Below, piece by piece: positions 10,678-21,128 of a DNA stretch of 64,000 nucleotides. The DNA is from an uncultured Chlamydiae bacterium. GTDB lineage: Bacteria; Chlamydiota; Chlamydiia; Chlamydiales; Parachlamydiaceae. Below the pieces are notes generated by a model that had not been told where the DNA came from, made no database searches, and worked only from the letters and a program-made list of their open reading frames with translations. The first letter of the stretch is position 1; each line of letters begins with the position of its first letter. The position numbers and the translations under genes were made by a program. Location of the stretch: assembly GCA_963830365.1 (NCBI GenBank), contig CAWHMU010000018.1:1-64000 (forward strand), in the 5' to 3' direction.

Positions 10678-10900
10678 ATGGTTTAATCTTTATCTTTGTT
10701 CACCTTATCCACAATTATATTCGATCAAAAAAAATAACATGATCTTAGGATGGACAGGATGCTGATTTATCCTAACCATCCTTATATCCTGTTCTTTTTA
10801 AATATCTTACACTTTACTTTAACGACCATGAGTCCACTCCCCCCGTCGGCTCTGTCCGCTTTCGGGCAGGCAAAATACAAGTCCATTTACCACTTGCCAA

Positions 10901-11692
10901 TCAGACTAATTCCAGCCTTTTGGAGCCGTGGTGGTAGCGGAAGCATAAAAGGGCACAATTGCCGACTTTAGTCGCCGCCGGCATGAGGACTTCACCGCAA
11001 GCTTTAATGTGGCTGGCTTTAGTGTAATAAGGGGGAAGAACGACATCTTTATCTTTGAAACGCAGCGCTTCAGCCAATGTGCCGAGGATCCCGCCGTGCG
11101 CCGACACGCCGATCGTCTGGCCGGGGTGTTTTTCTGCTAGCTGGCTGAACACCGATTCTGCTCTTTTATATAGCTCTAAAACGGTTTCCGGCCGTGGATC
11201 CTTGCCTTTAATTGCTTTGGCGATATCTCTTACAGCAACATCATCCCCCACGACTTTTCTGGTTAGCGGATGAATTCTCCAATGGCAAAATCTGTCGCTG
11301 ATAGGTTTGCCGGGAACGGCGGCACATAGGCGATCGCCCTCGGCATTTCTTGGACCGTCAGGTCCGCCTTCGAAAGCGCCATGGAAGATTTCTCTCAACT
11401 GTGGCTTTAGGATGATTTCGATTTGATTTGGCTGATATGCCCCTGCCACAATGTTTGCCGTGTCTATGGCCCTCTGTAAATCTGAAGAGTAGATGACTTT
11501 CAAATCCAAGCATTTTTTGGCGACTTGACCGGCTAATGCTTCAGCTTGCTGCCTGCCCTTCTCATTGATATCGAATTTCGGTCCCACGGCCGCCGCTCCC
11601 GAAAGAGATTTAGTTTTGTTGGCATCTGTCTCCCCATGGCGAAAGGCCCAAATTGTGGTCACCGGGCCGGCATTTCCCGTCGATGAAATCAT
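10901..11692 (-). CDS. Histidine phosphatase (phosphoglycerate mutase-like) family protein
   Basis: FRHGETD, SSDLQRAIDTA, LRE, VSAHGG. Confidence 0.85.
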   Translation of the reverse strand: MISSTGNAGPVTTIWAFRHGETDANKTKSLSGAAAVGPKFDINEKGRQQAEALAGQVAKKCLDLKVIYSSDLQRAIDTANIVAGAYQPNQIEIILKPQLREIFHGAFEGGPDGPRNAEGDRLCAAVPGKPISDRFCHWRIHPLTRKVVGDDVAVRDIAKAIKGKDPRPETVLELYKRAESVFSQLAEKHPGQTIGVSAHGGILGTLAEALRFKDKDVVLPPYYTKASHIKACGEVLMPAATKVGNCALLCFRYHHGSKRLELV

Positions 11693-11765
11693 TAAAAACC
11701 ATAAGTTAGAAAATTTACAATCAAGAACAGTCTTTACAGGGCAGTTCAGTTTCTTCGAGCCCGCC

Positions 11766-11824
11766 CCAAACTAAAATTACGTGCCCGAGCCCATGCTCGG
11801 GCGCGGGCATGTAATTTTAGTTTG
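11766..11824. terminator. Long hairpin downstream of asnS
   Basis: CCAAACTAAAATTACGTGCCC ... GGGCATGTAATTTTAGTTTGG inverted repeat. Confidence 0.5.
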
Positions 11825-11853
11825 GATTACGGCTCAATGAATTAGTGGTCCTT

Positions 11854-13272
11854 TTAAAATTCAGCTTTACCGGGATACCTTGGGAATGGGATCACATCGC
11901 GAATGTTTTCCATGCCGGTGGCAAACTGGATCAACCTTTCAAAGCCCACGCCGTAGCCGGCATGCGGAACGGTGCCGTATTTGCGCAGCTCAAGATACCA
12001 CCAGTAGTCTTCTTTGGACAGATTGTTTTCCTTCATCTTCTCTTCCAGGCGATCGAGGCGCTCTTCACGCTGGCTGCCGCCGACGAGTTCGCCGATCTTG
12101 GGGACGAGGATATCCATGGCCGCGACTGTTTTGTCGTCTTCATTGGCGCGCATATAAAAAGCTTTGATCTTCTTGGGGTAGTCGGTGATGATGACCGGCT
12201 TATTGAAATGCTCTTCGGCCAAAAAGCGTTCATGTTCCGATTGCAGATCGGCGCCCCAGCTGACGGGGAACTCGAAGGGCTTATTGGCTTTTTCCAGGAT
12301 GCGCACGGCATAGGTATAGGTGGCGCGTTCAAAAGGCGTCTCCACAACTTGCTGCAGGCGTTTAATGAGCCCCTCGGACACGAATTTGTCGAAAAATTGC
12401 AGATCTTCAACGCAATTTTGCAGCACATAATTAAGCACATATTTAAGGTAGCCTTCAGCACAGTCCATATTATCCACAATATCGGCGAAAGCCATCTCCG
12501 GTTCGATCATCCAGAACTCTGCCAGATGGCGCGAGGTATTGGAATTCTCCGCCCGGAAGGTGGGCCCAAAGGTATAGATATCTGACAGGGCCGAGGCATA
12601 GATCTCGCCGTTCAATTGTCCGGAAACGGTCAGATAGGTGGGCTGTCCAAAGAAATCCTTGCTGAAATCCACCTTGCCATCCTCTTTGCGCGGCAGCTTT
12701 TCAAGGTCCAGCGTCGTCACCCTAAACATCTGCCCGGCCCCTTCACAGTCGGCCCCGGTGATGATCGGCGTATGGATATGCAGAAAACCCTTTTCCTGGA
12801 AAAACTTATGGGTGGCATAGGCCAACGCATTGCGCACGCGCGCCACGGCCCCTAAAGTGTTGGTGCGCGGCCTTAAATGCGCTATAGAGCGCAGAAATTC
12901 AAAGGAGTGGCGCTTTTTTTGCAGCGGGTATACTTCAGGATCGCAAAGTCCGATGATGGCAACTTCTTTGGCATGCATCTCAAGGGTTTGATTTTGACCC
13001 GGACTTTCCACCAGCTGCCCTGTGACGGCAACAGAAACGCCTGTAGACAGCTGGTTAATGGTTTTTTCAAAATTCGGCAGGTCGGCATTGGCCACTACTT
13101 GAAAATTCGACAGCGTAGAGCCATCGTTAATTTCGATGAAGGCGAAAGTCTTTTGGTTGCGAACTGTCCTTACCCACCCCTTAATGGTCACTTCCTGGCC
13201 GATGAGCGAGGGCTGACCGGGAGTTGGTTGCTTCAGTTGTTTAATTCTCATACGCATGATTTCATTCTCCAC
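11854..13272 (-). CDS. asnS: Asparagine--tRNA ligase
   Basis: [54 protein letters not shown]. Confidence 0.97.
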   Translation of the reverse strand: MENEIMRMRIKQLKQPTPGQPSLIGQEVTIKGWVRTVRNQKTFAFIEINDGSTLSNFQVVANADLPNFEKTINQLSTGVSVAVTGQLVESPGQNQTLEMHAKEVAIIGLCDPEVYPLQKKRHSFEFLRSIAHLRPRTNTLGAVARVRNALAYATHKFFQEKGFLHIHTPIITGADCEGAGQMFRVTTLDLEKLPRKEDGKVDFSKDFFGQPTYLTVSGQLNGEIYASALSDIYTFGPTFRAENSNTSRHLAEFWMIEPEMAFADIVDNMDCAEGYLKYVLNYVLQNCVEDLQFFDKFVSEGLIKRLQQVVETPFERATYTYAVRILEKANKPFEFPVSWGADLQSEHERFLAEEHFNKPVIITDYPKKIKAFYMRANEDDKTVAAMDILVPKIGELVGGSQREERLDRLEEKMKENNLSKEDYWWYLELRKYGTVPHAGYGVGFERLIQFATGMENIRDVIPFPRYPGKAEF

Positions 13273-13302
13273 ATTGGGTATAATTCTATTGGGTGTAGTT
13301 AT

Positions 13303-14169
13303 TTAAGGACGACCGGCCAGATCGCGCAGCAGACTGATCTCTTTTTCCCATTGGGACGGGCCATCAGGTGTTTCAAGATATTTTGGAATATAGCGTGTGC
13401 GGGGATCCCGCATCAGGAAATGGAAGCATTCCATGCCGATCTCCCCTTGCCCCAGATTGGCATGGCGGTCGACGCGCGATGCTAAGCCCTTAACTGAATC
13501 ATTTAGATGAAAGGCATAAAGATGCTTAAGGCCGACGATGCGCTCAAATTCCTGCAATGTAGCCTCGCAGGCTGCCGCCGTGCGCAGATCATAGCCGGCC
13601 ACAAAAATATGGCAGGTATCAATGCATACGCCTATCGGCATGCGTTTATGCAGCTTGTCGATGATGTATGCCAGATGTTCAAAGCGGTTGCCTACCGCCG
13701 ACCCTTGCCCGGCCGTGGTTTCCAAAAGCAGCCTGGTTTTGCCTTCAGCTACCAGCGCTTCGACCGTCAACAGGCTCTTAACGATTTGATCCAAACACTC
13801 CTGCACATCGCCAGCTAATGCTGCCCCAGGATGGAAATTAAGGTAAGTAATATCCAGCTGCTGGCAGCGCAACACTTCCTCTCTAAAGGCCTTCTGACTT
13901 TTAGCTAAATTCTCAGGATTGGGCGTGCCTAGGTTGATAAGATAGCTATCATGGCTCATGATTTGCTTAAGTCCCGTTTCAGCCAGCGTCTTTTGCCACA
14001 GCTCCACAGCCTGCTGATCAATAAGTTTACCATCCCACCGCTTCTGATTGGCTGTGAAAAGCTGGATGGTCGTCGCGCCGATGCGCTGCCCCTCGAGTAA
14101 GGCATTAAAGGCACCGCCGGCGGCTGAGGTATGCGCCCCAATCAAAAGATCTTCGCTGCTATTTTTCAT
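13303..14169 (-). CDS. nfo: Endonuclease IV
   Basis: IGAHTSAAGG, HDSYLINL, NFHPG, ETTAGQG, CIDTCH, HLNDS, DRH. Start placed at MKNSSED. Confidence 0.95.
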   Translation of the reverse strand: MKNSSEDLLIGAHTSAAGGAFNALLEGQRIGATTIQLFTANQKRWDGKLIDQQAVELWQKTLAETGLKQIMSHDSYLINLGTPNPENLAKSQKAFREEVLRCQQLDITYLNFHPGAALAGDVQECLDQIVKSLLTVEALVAEGKTRLLLETTAGQGSAVGNRFEHLAYIIDKLHKRMPIGVCIDTCHIFVAGYDLRTAAACEATLQEFERIVGLKHLYAFHLNDSVKGLASRVDRHANLGQGEIGMECFHFLMRDPRTRYIPKYLETPDGPSQWEKEISLLRDLAGRP

Positions 14170-14332
14170 CTGTCGACACATCCTCTTAATAATTATAATC
14201 TGTGGAACCCGCATGCATTTTAGAAACATCGCATATTAAGAGAAAAGCACAAAATTGCAATTGATGTCTTGGCAGGAGAAATAACGGTATGCTATAACAC
14301 CAAATAACAAGACTAATACCCCAGTAACACCC

Positions 14333-15655
14333 GTGAGCATACAAACAGAACAACCTTTTGCCTGGATCAGACAAATTCCCGGCGATCTATTTCAACTGGA
14401 TGAAAAACCTTTATTGGGATTTCCGCCAACTTTTGATTGGGCCGCCATGGCGACGGAACTTGGGCGTTCTTTAGAAATTAAGAACCTAACTATTGAAGCT
14501 GGCACATGGCAATGGCGTCAACGCGAGGAACTTTTTGCCGGACTCGCAAAAGAAATCAGAGGGTTGCCGCTTGCCATCTCACCTCTCCCCGGCGCTGTGT
14601 GGTGGGTCATGGCAGAGCAGGATCTTAAGAAGCTGATGTCTATGCTGCTTGCAAAGCAGCCCGCACCTGCCGATGATGACATTGACAACGATTTTGTAAA
14701 AGCTTTCTACCGCTTCCTGGCTGTGGAAGCATTAAATGCCTTTGAGAACACTGTCGCCGATAAGAAATTGTCGCCAACATTGGCGGCTGAAGAAGGCCTT
14801 CCCGATGCCCACTGCCTATGCCTGGATGTAGCCATTAATATTGAGCAAAAAAACATTCAGGCCCGGTTGTTTCTTTCGCCGGAATTCAGAACGGCCTGGA
14901 AACTACGCTATTTGCAGCAACAGCCAAATATTTCGCTTGCCTCGCCAATGGCAAACTCTCTTGATATCATCGTACATCTTGAAGCCGGCCGCATCGATCT
15001 TAAACTTTCTGAATGGAAACAGATCAAAACCGGCGATTTCATCTTCCTCGATAACTGCTCTTTAGACCCCGATGAAGACAAAGGGCGCGTCATGCTGGTC
15101 ATCAACGGCATCCCGTGCTTCCGCGCCAGAATCAAACAAGGCAGCCTAAAAATTCTCGAACACCCTCTATACCACGAGGCAAATACATCCATGGACGAAA
15201 CGACGAATACAGATGATGAAAACATGTTCGATGACGAGGATCTTAAAGACGATGATCTTGATCCGGCATCCGAACATGCCGCTGAAGAATCCAGTGCCGA
15301 TTTCGATATCGACGAAATCAGCGATAGCGAGCTCGATCTCGATGAAGACTCTTCCACAGACGCCTCTCCCCCCACCCCCACCGCAAGTCCCGCCGCAAGC
15401 GCCGCCACCTCGGCCGTCAAAGCTGCAAGCGTCCCCTCGTCGATCGAGGATCTGCCGCTGCCCGTGGTCATTGAAATCGGACGCATCCAGATGTCCATCA
15501 AAAAACTTTTGGAATTGCAACCCGGTAACATGCTGGAGCTGGATATCCATCCCGAAACAGGTGTCGATTTAGTCGTCAACGGTAAACGCGTCGCCCGCGG
15601 TGAACTGCTGCGCATCGGCGAAGCTCTGGGAGTAAGAATTCTGGAATTATCATAA
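14333..15655 (+). CDS. sctQ: Type III secretion C-ring protein SctQ/CdsQ
   Basis: Two SpoA/FliN domains (LPVVIEIGRIQMSIKKLLELQPG...ARGELLRIGEALGVRI) with an acidic linker. Order sctQ-pkn5-sctC. Confidence 0.92.
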   Translation: MSIQTEQPFAWIRQIPGDLFQLDEKPLLGFPPTFDWAAMATELGRSLEIKNLTIEAGTWQWRQREELFAGLAKEIRGLPLAISPLPGAVWWVMAEQDLKKLMSMLLAKQPAPADDDIDNDFVKAFYRFLAVEALNAFENTVADKKLSPTLAAEEGLPDAHCLCLDVAINIEQKNIQARLFLSPEFRTAWKLRYLQQQPNISLASPMANSLDIIVHLEAGRIDLKLSEWKQIKTGDFIFLDNCSLDPDEDKGRVMLVINGIPCFRARIKQGSLKILEHPLYHEANTSMDETTNTDDENMFDDEDLKDDDLDPASEHAAEESSADFDIDEISDSELDLDEDSSTDASPPTPTASPAASAATSAVKAASVPSSIEDLPLPVVIEIGRIQMSIKKLLELQPGNMLELDIHPETGVDLVVNGKRVARGELLRIGEALGVRILELS

Positions 15656-15672
15656 AATTTAAGAATGAAATA

Positions 15673-17286
15673 ATGCCCGAAGAAGACTTCCATAAGCAAC
15701 TCACCCTGAACGGTTCTTCCATCTCCAAAGATGCTAAAAACCTGGCTGCTGCCAGTACCATCCCTAAAATGATCGGACCCTATAAAATCGAATGCCTGCT
15801 GGAAAAAGGCGGCATGAGCATTCTCTATTTGGGTCTGCATCCCGATTCCAAAGAACCTACCACCATAAAAGTGCTGTTGCCGCGCCTGCTTTCCCATCCC
15901 GATGTGGTGCAACGCTTCCTTACCGAAGCCGAAATCATCGCCATGACCGACCACCCCAATATCGTCAAGCTGTATGGCCATGGCGAATGGGAAGGCGGAC
16001 TTTATATCGCTATGGAATTCATCCAAGGGATTTCGCTCCGCCAAGCCCTACTCCAGAGTCCCATTTCGCTGAAGAAAGCGCTGGAAATAATCATCGATAT
16101 CGCCTATGCCCTATGCCATCTGCATACCCATGGCGTCATCCATCGCGATCTGAAACCTGAGAATATCCTCATTACCGAAACAGGCCAAGTCAAAGTGATA
16201 GACTTCGGCATCGCTCAATTGCTTACCGAAAAAAATGCCAGCGGGGCTCCGGCGAGGCAACGCCTCATCGGCACACCTATCTACATGAGCCCTGAACAAC
16301 GCGAAAACCCTGAAACTGTATCATACCCCTCCGACATATATTCCTTGGGTATCATCGCCTATGAACTTGTCTTGGGGAGATTATCCCACGGACAGATCCA
16401 CCTTTCCCTTATGCCCAAAGGATTGCAAAAAATCCTTAACAAAGCCCTGCAGCCACGCCCTCAAGATCGCTACCAGGATATCGTCGACTTCATCACCGAT
16501 GTCTCGGCCTATCTTAATTCCACCAATATGCAGCGTGAAAATAAGGTCGGCGGACAGCTCAGCGAAATCATGGATAACCTGCGCCACGCCCAGGAATTGC
16601 TGGCACCGCTAAATCCACCCCTCTGGGATGGCATCGCTGTCGGCCTGGCCAGCCCGAAAGGACTCAACACCTATGGTATCTATTATGATTTCTTTGCCCT
16701 TTCCGACGGTTCTTATGGCATCATCATGGGAGAATCTTCAGCCAAGGGGGCTGAGGGAGTCATCTATACGGCTCTTTTGCGCGGCATGATCCACGCGCTG
16801 AGAAGCCGCGCACCCACACCCGTAGAACTTGCCACCCAGCTTAACACCCTTGCCGTCAATGACAAGATCAAGCAGGTGTTTGCCCTAAGCTATCTTAGCC
16901 TTTTTCCCAAAGAAAACCGCATCGACTATCTGTCTTGCGGCTATGGCAGTTTATGGCAGCTCACTCAAGGCACGAAAAATCCTGTCAAAATCGGCATTCA
17001 CAACCTTGCCATCGGCATTGATGCAGAAGCTGAATTCACGGCCGTCACCGCCCCTTGGGAAACTAACGACTGCCTCGTACTTAGCTCACTCGTCCCCGAC
17101 ATGCCGGGGGCAACTTCTGAAAACATCCTGTCAGAAGATCTTTTAAAACAGGCTCTGCTGGAAAATGCAAATATCCATCCTCAGAAGCTCATCGAAGGCG
17201 TCCTTCGCAAAATCAAACTCTCCCTCAGCAAGACAATGCCCGAACGCTCCCCCACACTCATCAGCATCTGCCGCAATCAGCCATAA
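15673..17286 (+). CDS. pkn5: Ser/Thr protein kinase Pkn5 with a C-terminal SpoIIE/PP2C-like domain
   Basis: HRDLKPENIL, DFG, GTPIYMSPEQ, SDIYSLG. Lies between sctQ and sctC. Confidence 0.9.
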   Translation: MPEEDFHKQLTLNGSSISKDAKNLAAASTIPKMIGPYKIECLLEKGGMSILYLGLHPDSKEPTTIKVLLPRLLSHPDVVQRFLTEAEIIAMTDHPNIVKLYGHGEWEGGLYIAMEFIQGISLRQALLQSPISLKKALEIIIDIAYALCHLHTHGVIHRDLKPENILITETGQVKVIDFGIAQLLTEKNASGAPARQRLIGTPIYMSPEQRENPETVSYPSDIYSLGIIAYELVLGRLSHGQIHLSLMPKGLQKILNKALQPRPQDRYQDIVDFITDVSAYLNSTNMQRENKVGGQLSEIMDNLRHAQELLAPLNPPLWDGIAVGLASPKGLNTYGIYYDFFALSDGSYGIIMGESSAKGAEGVIYTALLRGMIHALRSRAPTPVELATQLNTLAVNDKIKQVFALSYLSLFPKENRIDYLSCGYGSLWQLTQGTKNPVKIGIHNLAIGIDAEAEFTAVTAPWETNDCLVLSSLVPDMPGATSENILSEDLLKQALLENANIHPQKLIEGVLRKIKLSLSKTMPERSPTLISICRNQP

Positions 17287-17514
17287 GCTTCAAAAATCAT
17301 TATAAACTATACCACCGACATGCGGGGGCACAGAGAACAAGATCCTATATTGATTCCCGTGAAGCTGCTTTCTAATCCTGGACATTTATGCTGCCTACCA
17401 TAGCCAGCCTGTTTATTTTGCTGCTTGCTTCTTTGTGTCTCGGCGTCCCGGTGGTGCATTGCCTTCTTTTTGAGCCTTGATGTTGATTGTTTTGTCACAC
17501 GCCCTTCATTTTCA

Positions 17515-17670
17515 GGCGTTGTTCACCCAACCGGTCAATTTCTGGCTCCGTGCTCTCTGTGCCTCTGTGTTTGATTTTTTTGAAACACAGAGGCACAGAG
17601 ACCACGGAGAGGGGATAGAGAAGATAGTATCATCGTGACCGAAAGTTTTCCTATGAAGGTGAACAGGGCT
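17515..17670. mobile_element. MITE with 8-bp target duplication CATTTTCA
   Basis: Ends GGCGTTGTTCACC / GGTGAACAGGGCT. CATTTTCA at 17507-17514 and 17671-17678. Internal CTCTGTG..CACAGAG hairpin. Confidence 0.8.
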
Positions 17671-17702
17671 CATTTTCAGACGTTAAATTGACTTGATTTT
17701 TT

Positions 17703-17887
17703 GGCATTGTTCACCTTTTCGGTCAAAAAGGTGAGCATGCCCCCTTTACAACCAGTCTGCCCTCCTCTGCGTCGCCGCGTCTCAGCGTCTCTGCGTTAAA
17801 TTGTCTCAAGGAATTCAATGCAGAGACGCAGAGGAGGGCAGAAATAGTTGTGACCGAAAGTTTTCACTATGCAAGGTGATCATGGCC
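17703..17887. mobile_element. MITE with 8-bp target duplication GATTTTTT
   Basis: Ends GGCATTGTTCACC / GGTGATCATGGCC. GATTTTTT at 17695-17702 and 17888-17895. Confidence 0.8.
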
Positions 17888-18118
17888 GATTTTTTTTCAT
17901 TAACGCTTGCAACAGATGTCATATTGACTTATCGTAATCATTCAATCCAGCGTCTGCAGCGGCACTATCACAGCAGGCTCTTTATTTTTGTGGAAATAAA
18001 ACATTTCATTTGCAATAAGGAATGTCGGTTGCAAGAGATGAAGCTTGAAGCAGAACGTAGAAATCAATTGTTTACTCACAATATTATGAATTAAAAGCAT
18101 TTACACAGCCACTATCCC

Positions 18119-21100
18119 ATGAAAATAAAAATGCCTATCCATCGCATCTTCAGCCTTTCCTTAGGACTGTCGGCTATACTCTGTCATAATCTGCTGTTCA
18201 GCCTACCCTCTGAAGGCATCCAAGCCTCCTTCAAAGGAGTCTCAACGCCCGATGTTCAAGACCAAAGCCCCCAAAGCCCCACTTCAGGCATTGCCAACAT
18301 TTCAATCACACAACGCGTCCCCTTAAAATACGCCCCTCAAAACATCCAGCATTATGCACATACCAAAGATGGCAATAGCCAAGATGCCAAGAGTCAAGTA
18401 CCTGTTGCTGAAAATATTCCGTTGGTGGCAGCCAATGACACCATATTAAAACTACCCCCGGAAGAAGCCTCCAAGACCGTACTTATCAACTTCAACAATG
18501 TCAGCATCATAGAATACATCCGCTTTGTCAGCAGGCTGTCAAATCGAAATTTCGTCTTTGATGAAAGCGATCTCCAGTTCAATGTGACCATCATCTCAGA
18601 AGAACCTGCCACCATTGACAATATCATGACGGCATTGTTGCAGGAACTGCTGATTCACGACCTCGTACTGATGGAAGATGGCAACAATCTCATCATCCAT
18701 AAAAACCCAAAAGTTAATGCCATCTCAAGAGTTGTTTCCGAAGATTTCCCAGGCTCCAGAGTCACTGATTCAGATATCATCACGCAAGTCTTCCGCCTCA
18801 ATACGCTCGATCCTGAAAGAGCGGCCATGATCTTGCGACCCATGGTGTCTGAAAATGCCCTCATCGAAGCTTTGAAAAACTCAAATCACCTCATCGTGAC
18901 AGACCTTTCCGCCAATGTCGAAAAAATATCCCAACTCATCAAAAGCATAGATGCCCCCAATAGCGGCCTTGTGATCGGCCAATACGTCAGCCAACTCACC
19001 CCTATCGACACGCTCATCACCCTTGTACAGCAAATCATGCAGCCGATCTCCCAAGATCAAACCCTGACTTTCGTTCCCCATCTATCCACAAATAGCATCT
19101 TCATCATCTCATCCCCCTTCTTAGTCGAACGCACCATCGCCATCTTGCAATATCTGGATCAAGATCAGGGCTCCACGCGCATCTTCAATCTTAAAGACCT
19201 GAAAATGGGCAACTTCCCAGCTAGCGAAGGACAAGGCACAGAACGCAGGCAGGGACAAGGCGCACAAGGCGCAGAAGGCCAAAACGGCCAGCCGGGCCAA
19301 GGCTTTGAACAAGGACAGGGGCAAGGCGGGGGACAAGGCCAGCAAAGAACGACCACACAAGGCATCAACGCCTCAGAGAACACCTTGCTTACGCCACACG
19401 GACAATGGCTGCTCAATCCACAAGGCAATTGGATCTTCAAACCTCTAACCTCACTACCAGGCGCTGGCCAAGCCGGCCCAAATGGAGCTGCCGGAAATGC
19501 CGGAAATGCCGGAAGTGCCGGAACTGCCGGAACTGCCGGAACTGCCGGAAGTGCCGGAACTGCCGGAAGTGCTGGAGCTGCTGGAGCTGCTGCTGGAAGC
19601 GCGGCCGAAGCTGCCGGGACTGCAGGCGGAGCCCTGACAGGCAAGTCTGCTACGACACCACCTACAGGCAAATGGAGCCGTTATAATGAAGGCACATGGA
19701 CCTTCAACCCGGGTGAAGCTGGCGGCCTCGAAGGTCCAAAAGGACGTTGGCTTCTGGACAAAGACGGCAACTGGGTATACGAGCTAAATGCCGGTGAATC
19801 GTTTACTCCCGTGCCGCTCAGCCGCCAATTCCAAGGCAGAGCGCGCCTGCCGGGCGGTGCCGAAAAGCAGAACAAGTTTTTCATCTACAGACTCCTTTTC
19901 CGCAAAGGCGATGGCATCGAGCCGGCCCTTAGACAAATCGCCGACACGATTCAGCAAAACGAAAGAGGCAATGAGGATTTAGTCTCTGCCCTGCGCAGCG
20001 TGCAGTGGATGGCAATCCCCAATAGCCTGGTTTTCAGCGGCACCCCCAAAGCCCTGGACAAAGTGCGCGTACTGGTCGACGAAATGGATATCCCCATGCG
20101 GCAGGTATTCATCGAAATGCTGATCATGGAAACTACGCTTGAAGACGCTTTGGAATATGGCGTCAGCATCGGCTCGCGCTTCGGCGGCGGCAACACCTCC
20201 GGCTCGCAAGCTTTTTTTAGCGGTTCAACCCCCCTTTTAGGCGCTCTTAGTTCAACCGGGCTGTCAGGACTTGGCCAAGCCTTGGGTACGCAGCAGGTAC
20301 TGGTACCAAATGCCACCAACATCGCCACAACCTCGGGCTTCAATCTGGGCGTCATCGGCCAGAAAATCACCCACTGCGGCATGGAATTTGGATCACTAGG
20401 CGCCGTCGTCAAAGCCCTGCATGACCGCACCAAAGATGAAGTCATCTCAAATCCCAAGCTGCTGGTTGAAGACAACTCTCCGGCCGAAATATTTGTCGGC
20501 ATAAACACCCCCTACCGCACCCAATCTATCTCCAACGACTTCGGCACGGTCATCACCAGCAACTTTGAATACCGCGATGTGGGCACGCGCCTAAAAATCA
20601 CCCCCTATCTCGGCAATGGCGACATCATCGCCCTCGACCTTGAAGAGGAAGTCAGCACCATCATCGCCGGCCTGATCACAAATGCAACCAGCGCCAGTAC
20701 AAGTCCAGGTCCTACCACACGCATAAATAGAACGACGACCCGCGTACACATCCCAGACACCTACTTCCTGATCATCAGCGGCATGATGCAAGATGAGGAA
20801 TCGCGCGAGCGCAACCAGATCCCCTGCCTTGGAGGCGTGCCTCTGCTCGGCGCTGCCGTCAGTGACAAAATCAATCACAGCGCTAAGCGCAACCTGATGA
20901 TTTTCATCCGCCCCAAGATTATCGATACCGAAGATGAGATCCAATGCGTCACCAAACACAACCAGGATATTTACGACTATAAAAACTGCCTGCAAAACAT
21001 GGATGAATATGAAGTCATCGAAGCGCTTGATCTCTTCAATATCAAAAAGACACTACATCCTGAAGATATCTACGATTGTGAATGCGATCCCGAATATTGA
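18119..21100 (+). CDS. sctC: Type III secretion outer-membrane secretin SctC/CdsC
   Basis: INFNNVSIIEYIRFVSR, RQVFIEMLIMET, SNPKLL, FEYRDVGTRLKITP, IPCLGGVPLLG, NLMIFIRPKII. Confidence 0.93.
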   Translation: MKIKMPIHRIFSLSLGLSAILCHNLLFSLPSEGIQASFKGVSTPDVQDQSPQSPTSGIANISITQRVPLKYAPQNIQHYAHTKDGNSQDAKSQVPVAENIPLVAANDTILKLPPEEASKTVLINFNNVSIIEYIRFVSRLSNRNFVFDESDLQFNVTIISEEPATIDNIMTALLQELLIHDLVLMEDGNNLIIHKNPKVNAISRVVSEDFPGSRVTDSDIITQVFRLNTLDPERAAMILRPMVSENALIEALKNSNHLIVTDLSANVEKISQLIKSIDAPNSGLVIGQYVSQLTPIDTLITLVQQIMQPISQDQTLTFVPHLSTNSIFIISSPFLVERTIAILQYLDQDQGSTRIFNLKDLKMGNFPASEGQGTERRQGQGAQGAEGQNGQPGQGFEQGQGQGGGQGQQRTTTQGINASENTLLTPHGQWLLNPQGNWIFKPLTSLPGAGQAGPNGAAGNAGNAGSAGTAGTAGTAGSAGTAGSAGAAGAAAGSAAEAAGTAGGALTGKSATTPPTGKWSRYNEGTWTFNPGEAGGLEGPKGRWLLDKDGNWVYELNAGESFTPVPLSRQFQGRARLPGGAEKQNKFFIYRLLFRKGDGIEPALRQIADTIQQNERGNEDLVSALRSVQWMAIPNSLVFSGTPKALDKVRVLVDEMDIPMRQVFIEMLIMETTLEDALEYGVSIGSRFGGGNTSGSQAFFSGSTPLLGALSSTGLSGLGQALGTQQVLVPNATNIATTSGFNLGVIGQKITHCGMEFGSLGAVVKALHDRTKDEVISNPKLLVEDNSPAEIFVGINTPYRTQSISNDFGTVITSNFEYRDVGTRLKITPYLGNGDIIALDLEEEVSTIIAGLITNATSASTSPGPTTRINRTTTRVHIPDTYFLIISGMMQDEESRERNQIPCLGGVPLLGAAVSDKINHSAKRNLMIFIRPKIIDTEDEIQCVTKHNQDIYDYKNCLQNMDEYEVIEALDLFNIKKTLHPEDIYDCECDPEY

Positions 21101-21128
21101 AAGTTCGATTATCGACAGGCAGAAAATA

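Noticed and set aside
14908..16044. 378-aa minus-strand ORF
   Set aside because: Antisense shadow of sctQ and pkn5.
19405..19686. Cys-rich CRKCRNC metallothionein-like ORF
   Set aside because: Alternative frame of the 9-bp repeat inside sctC.
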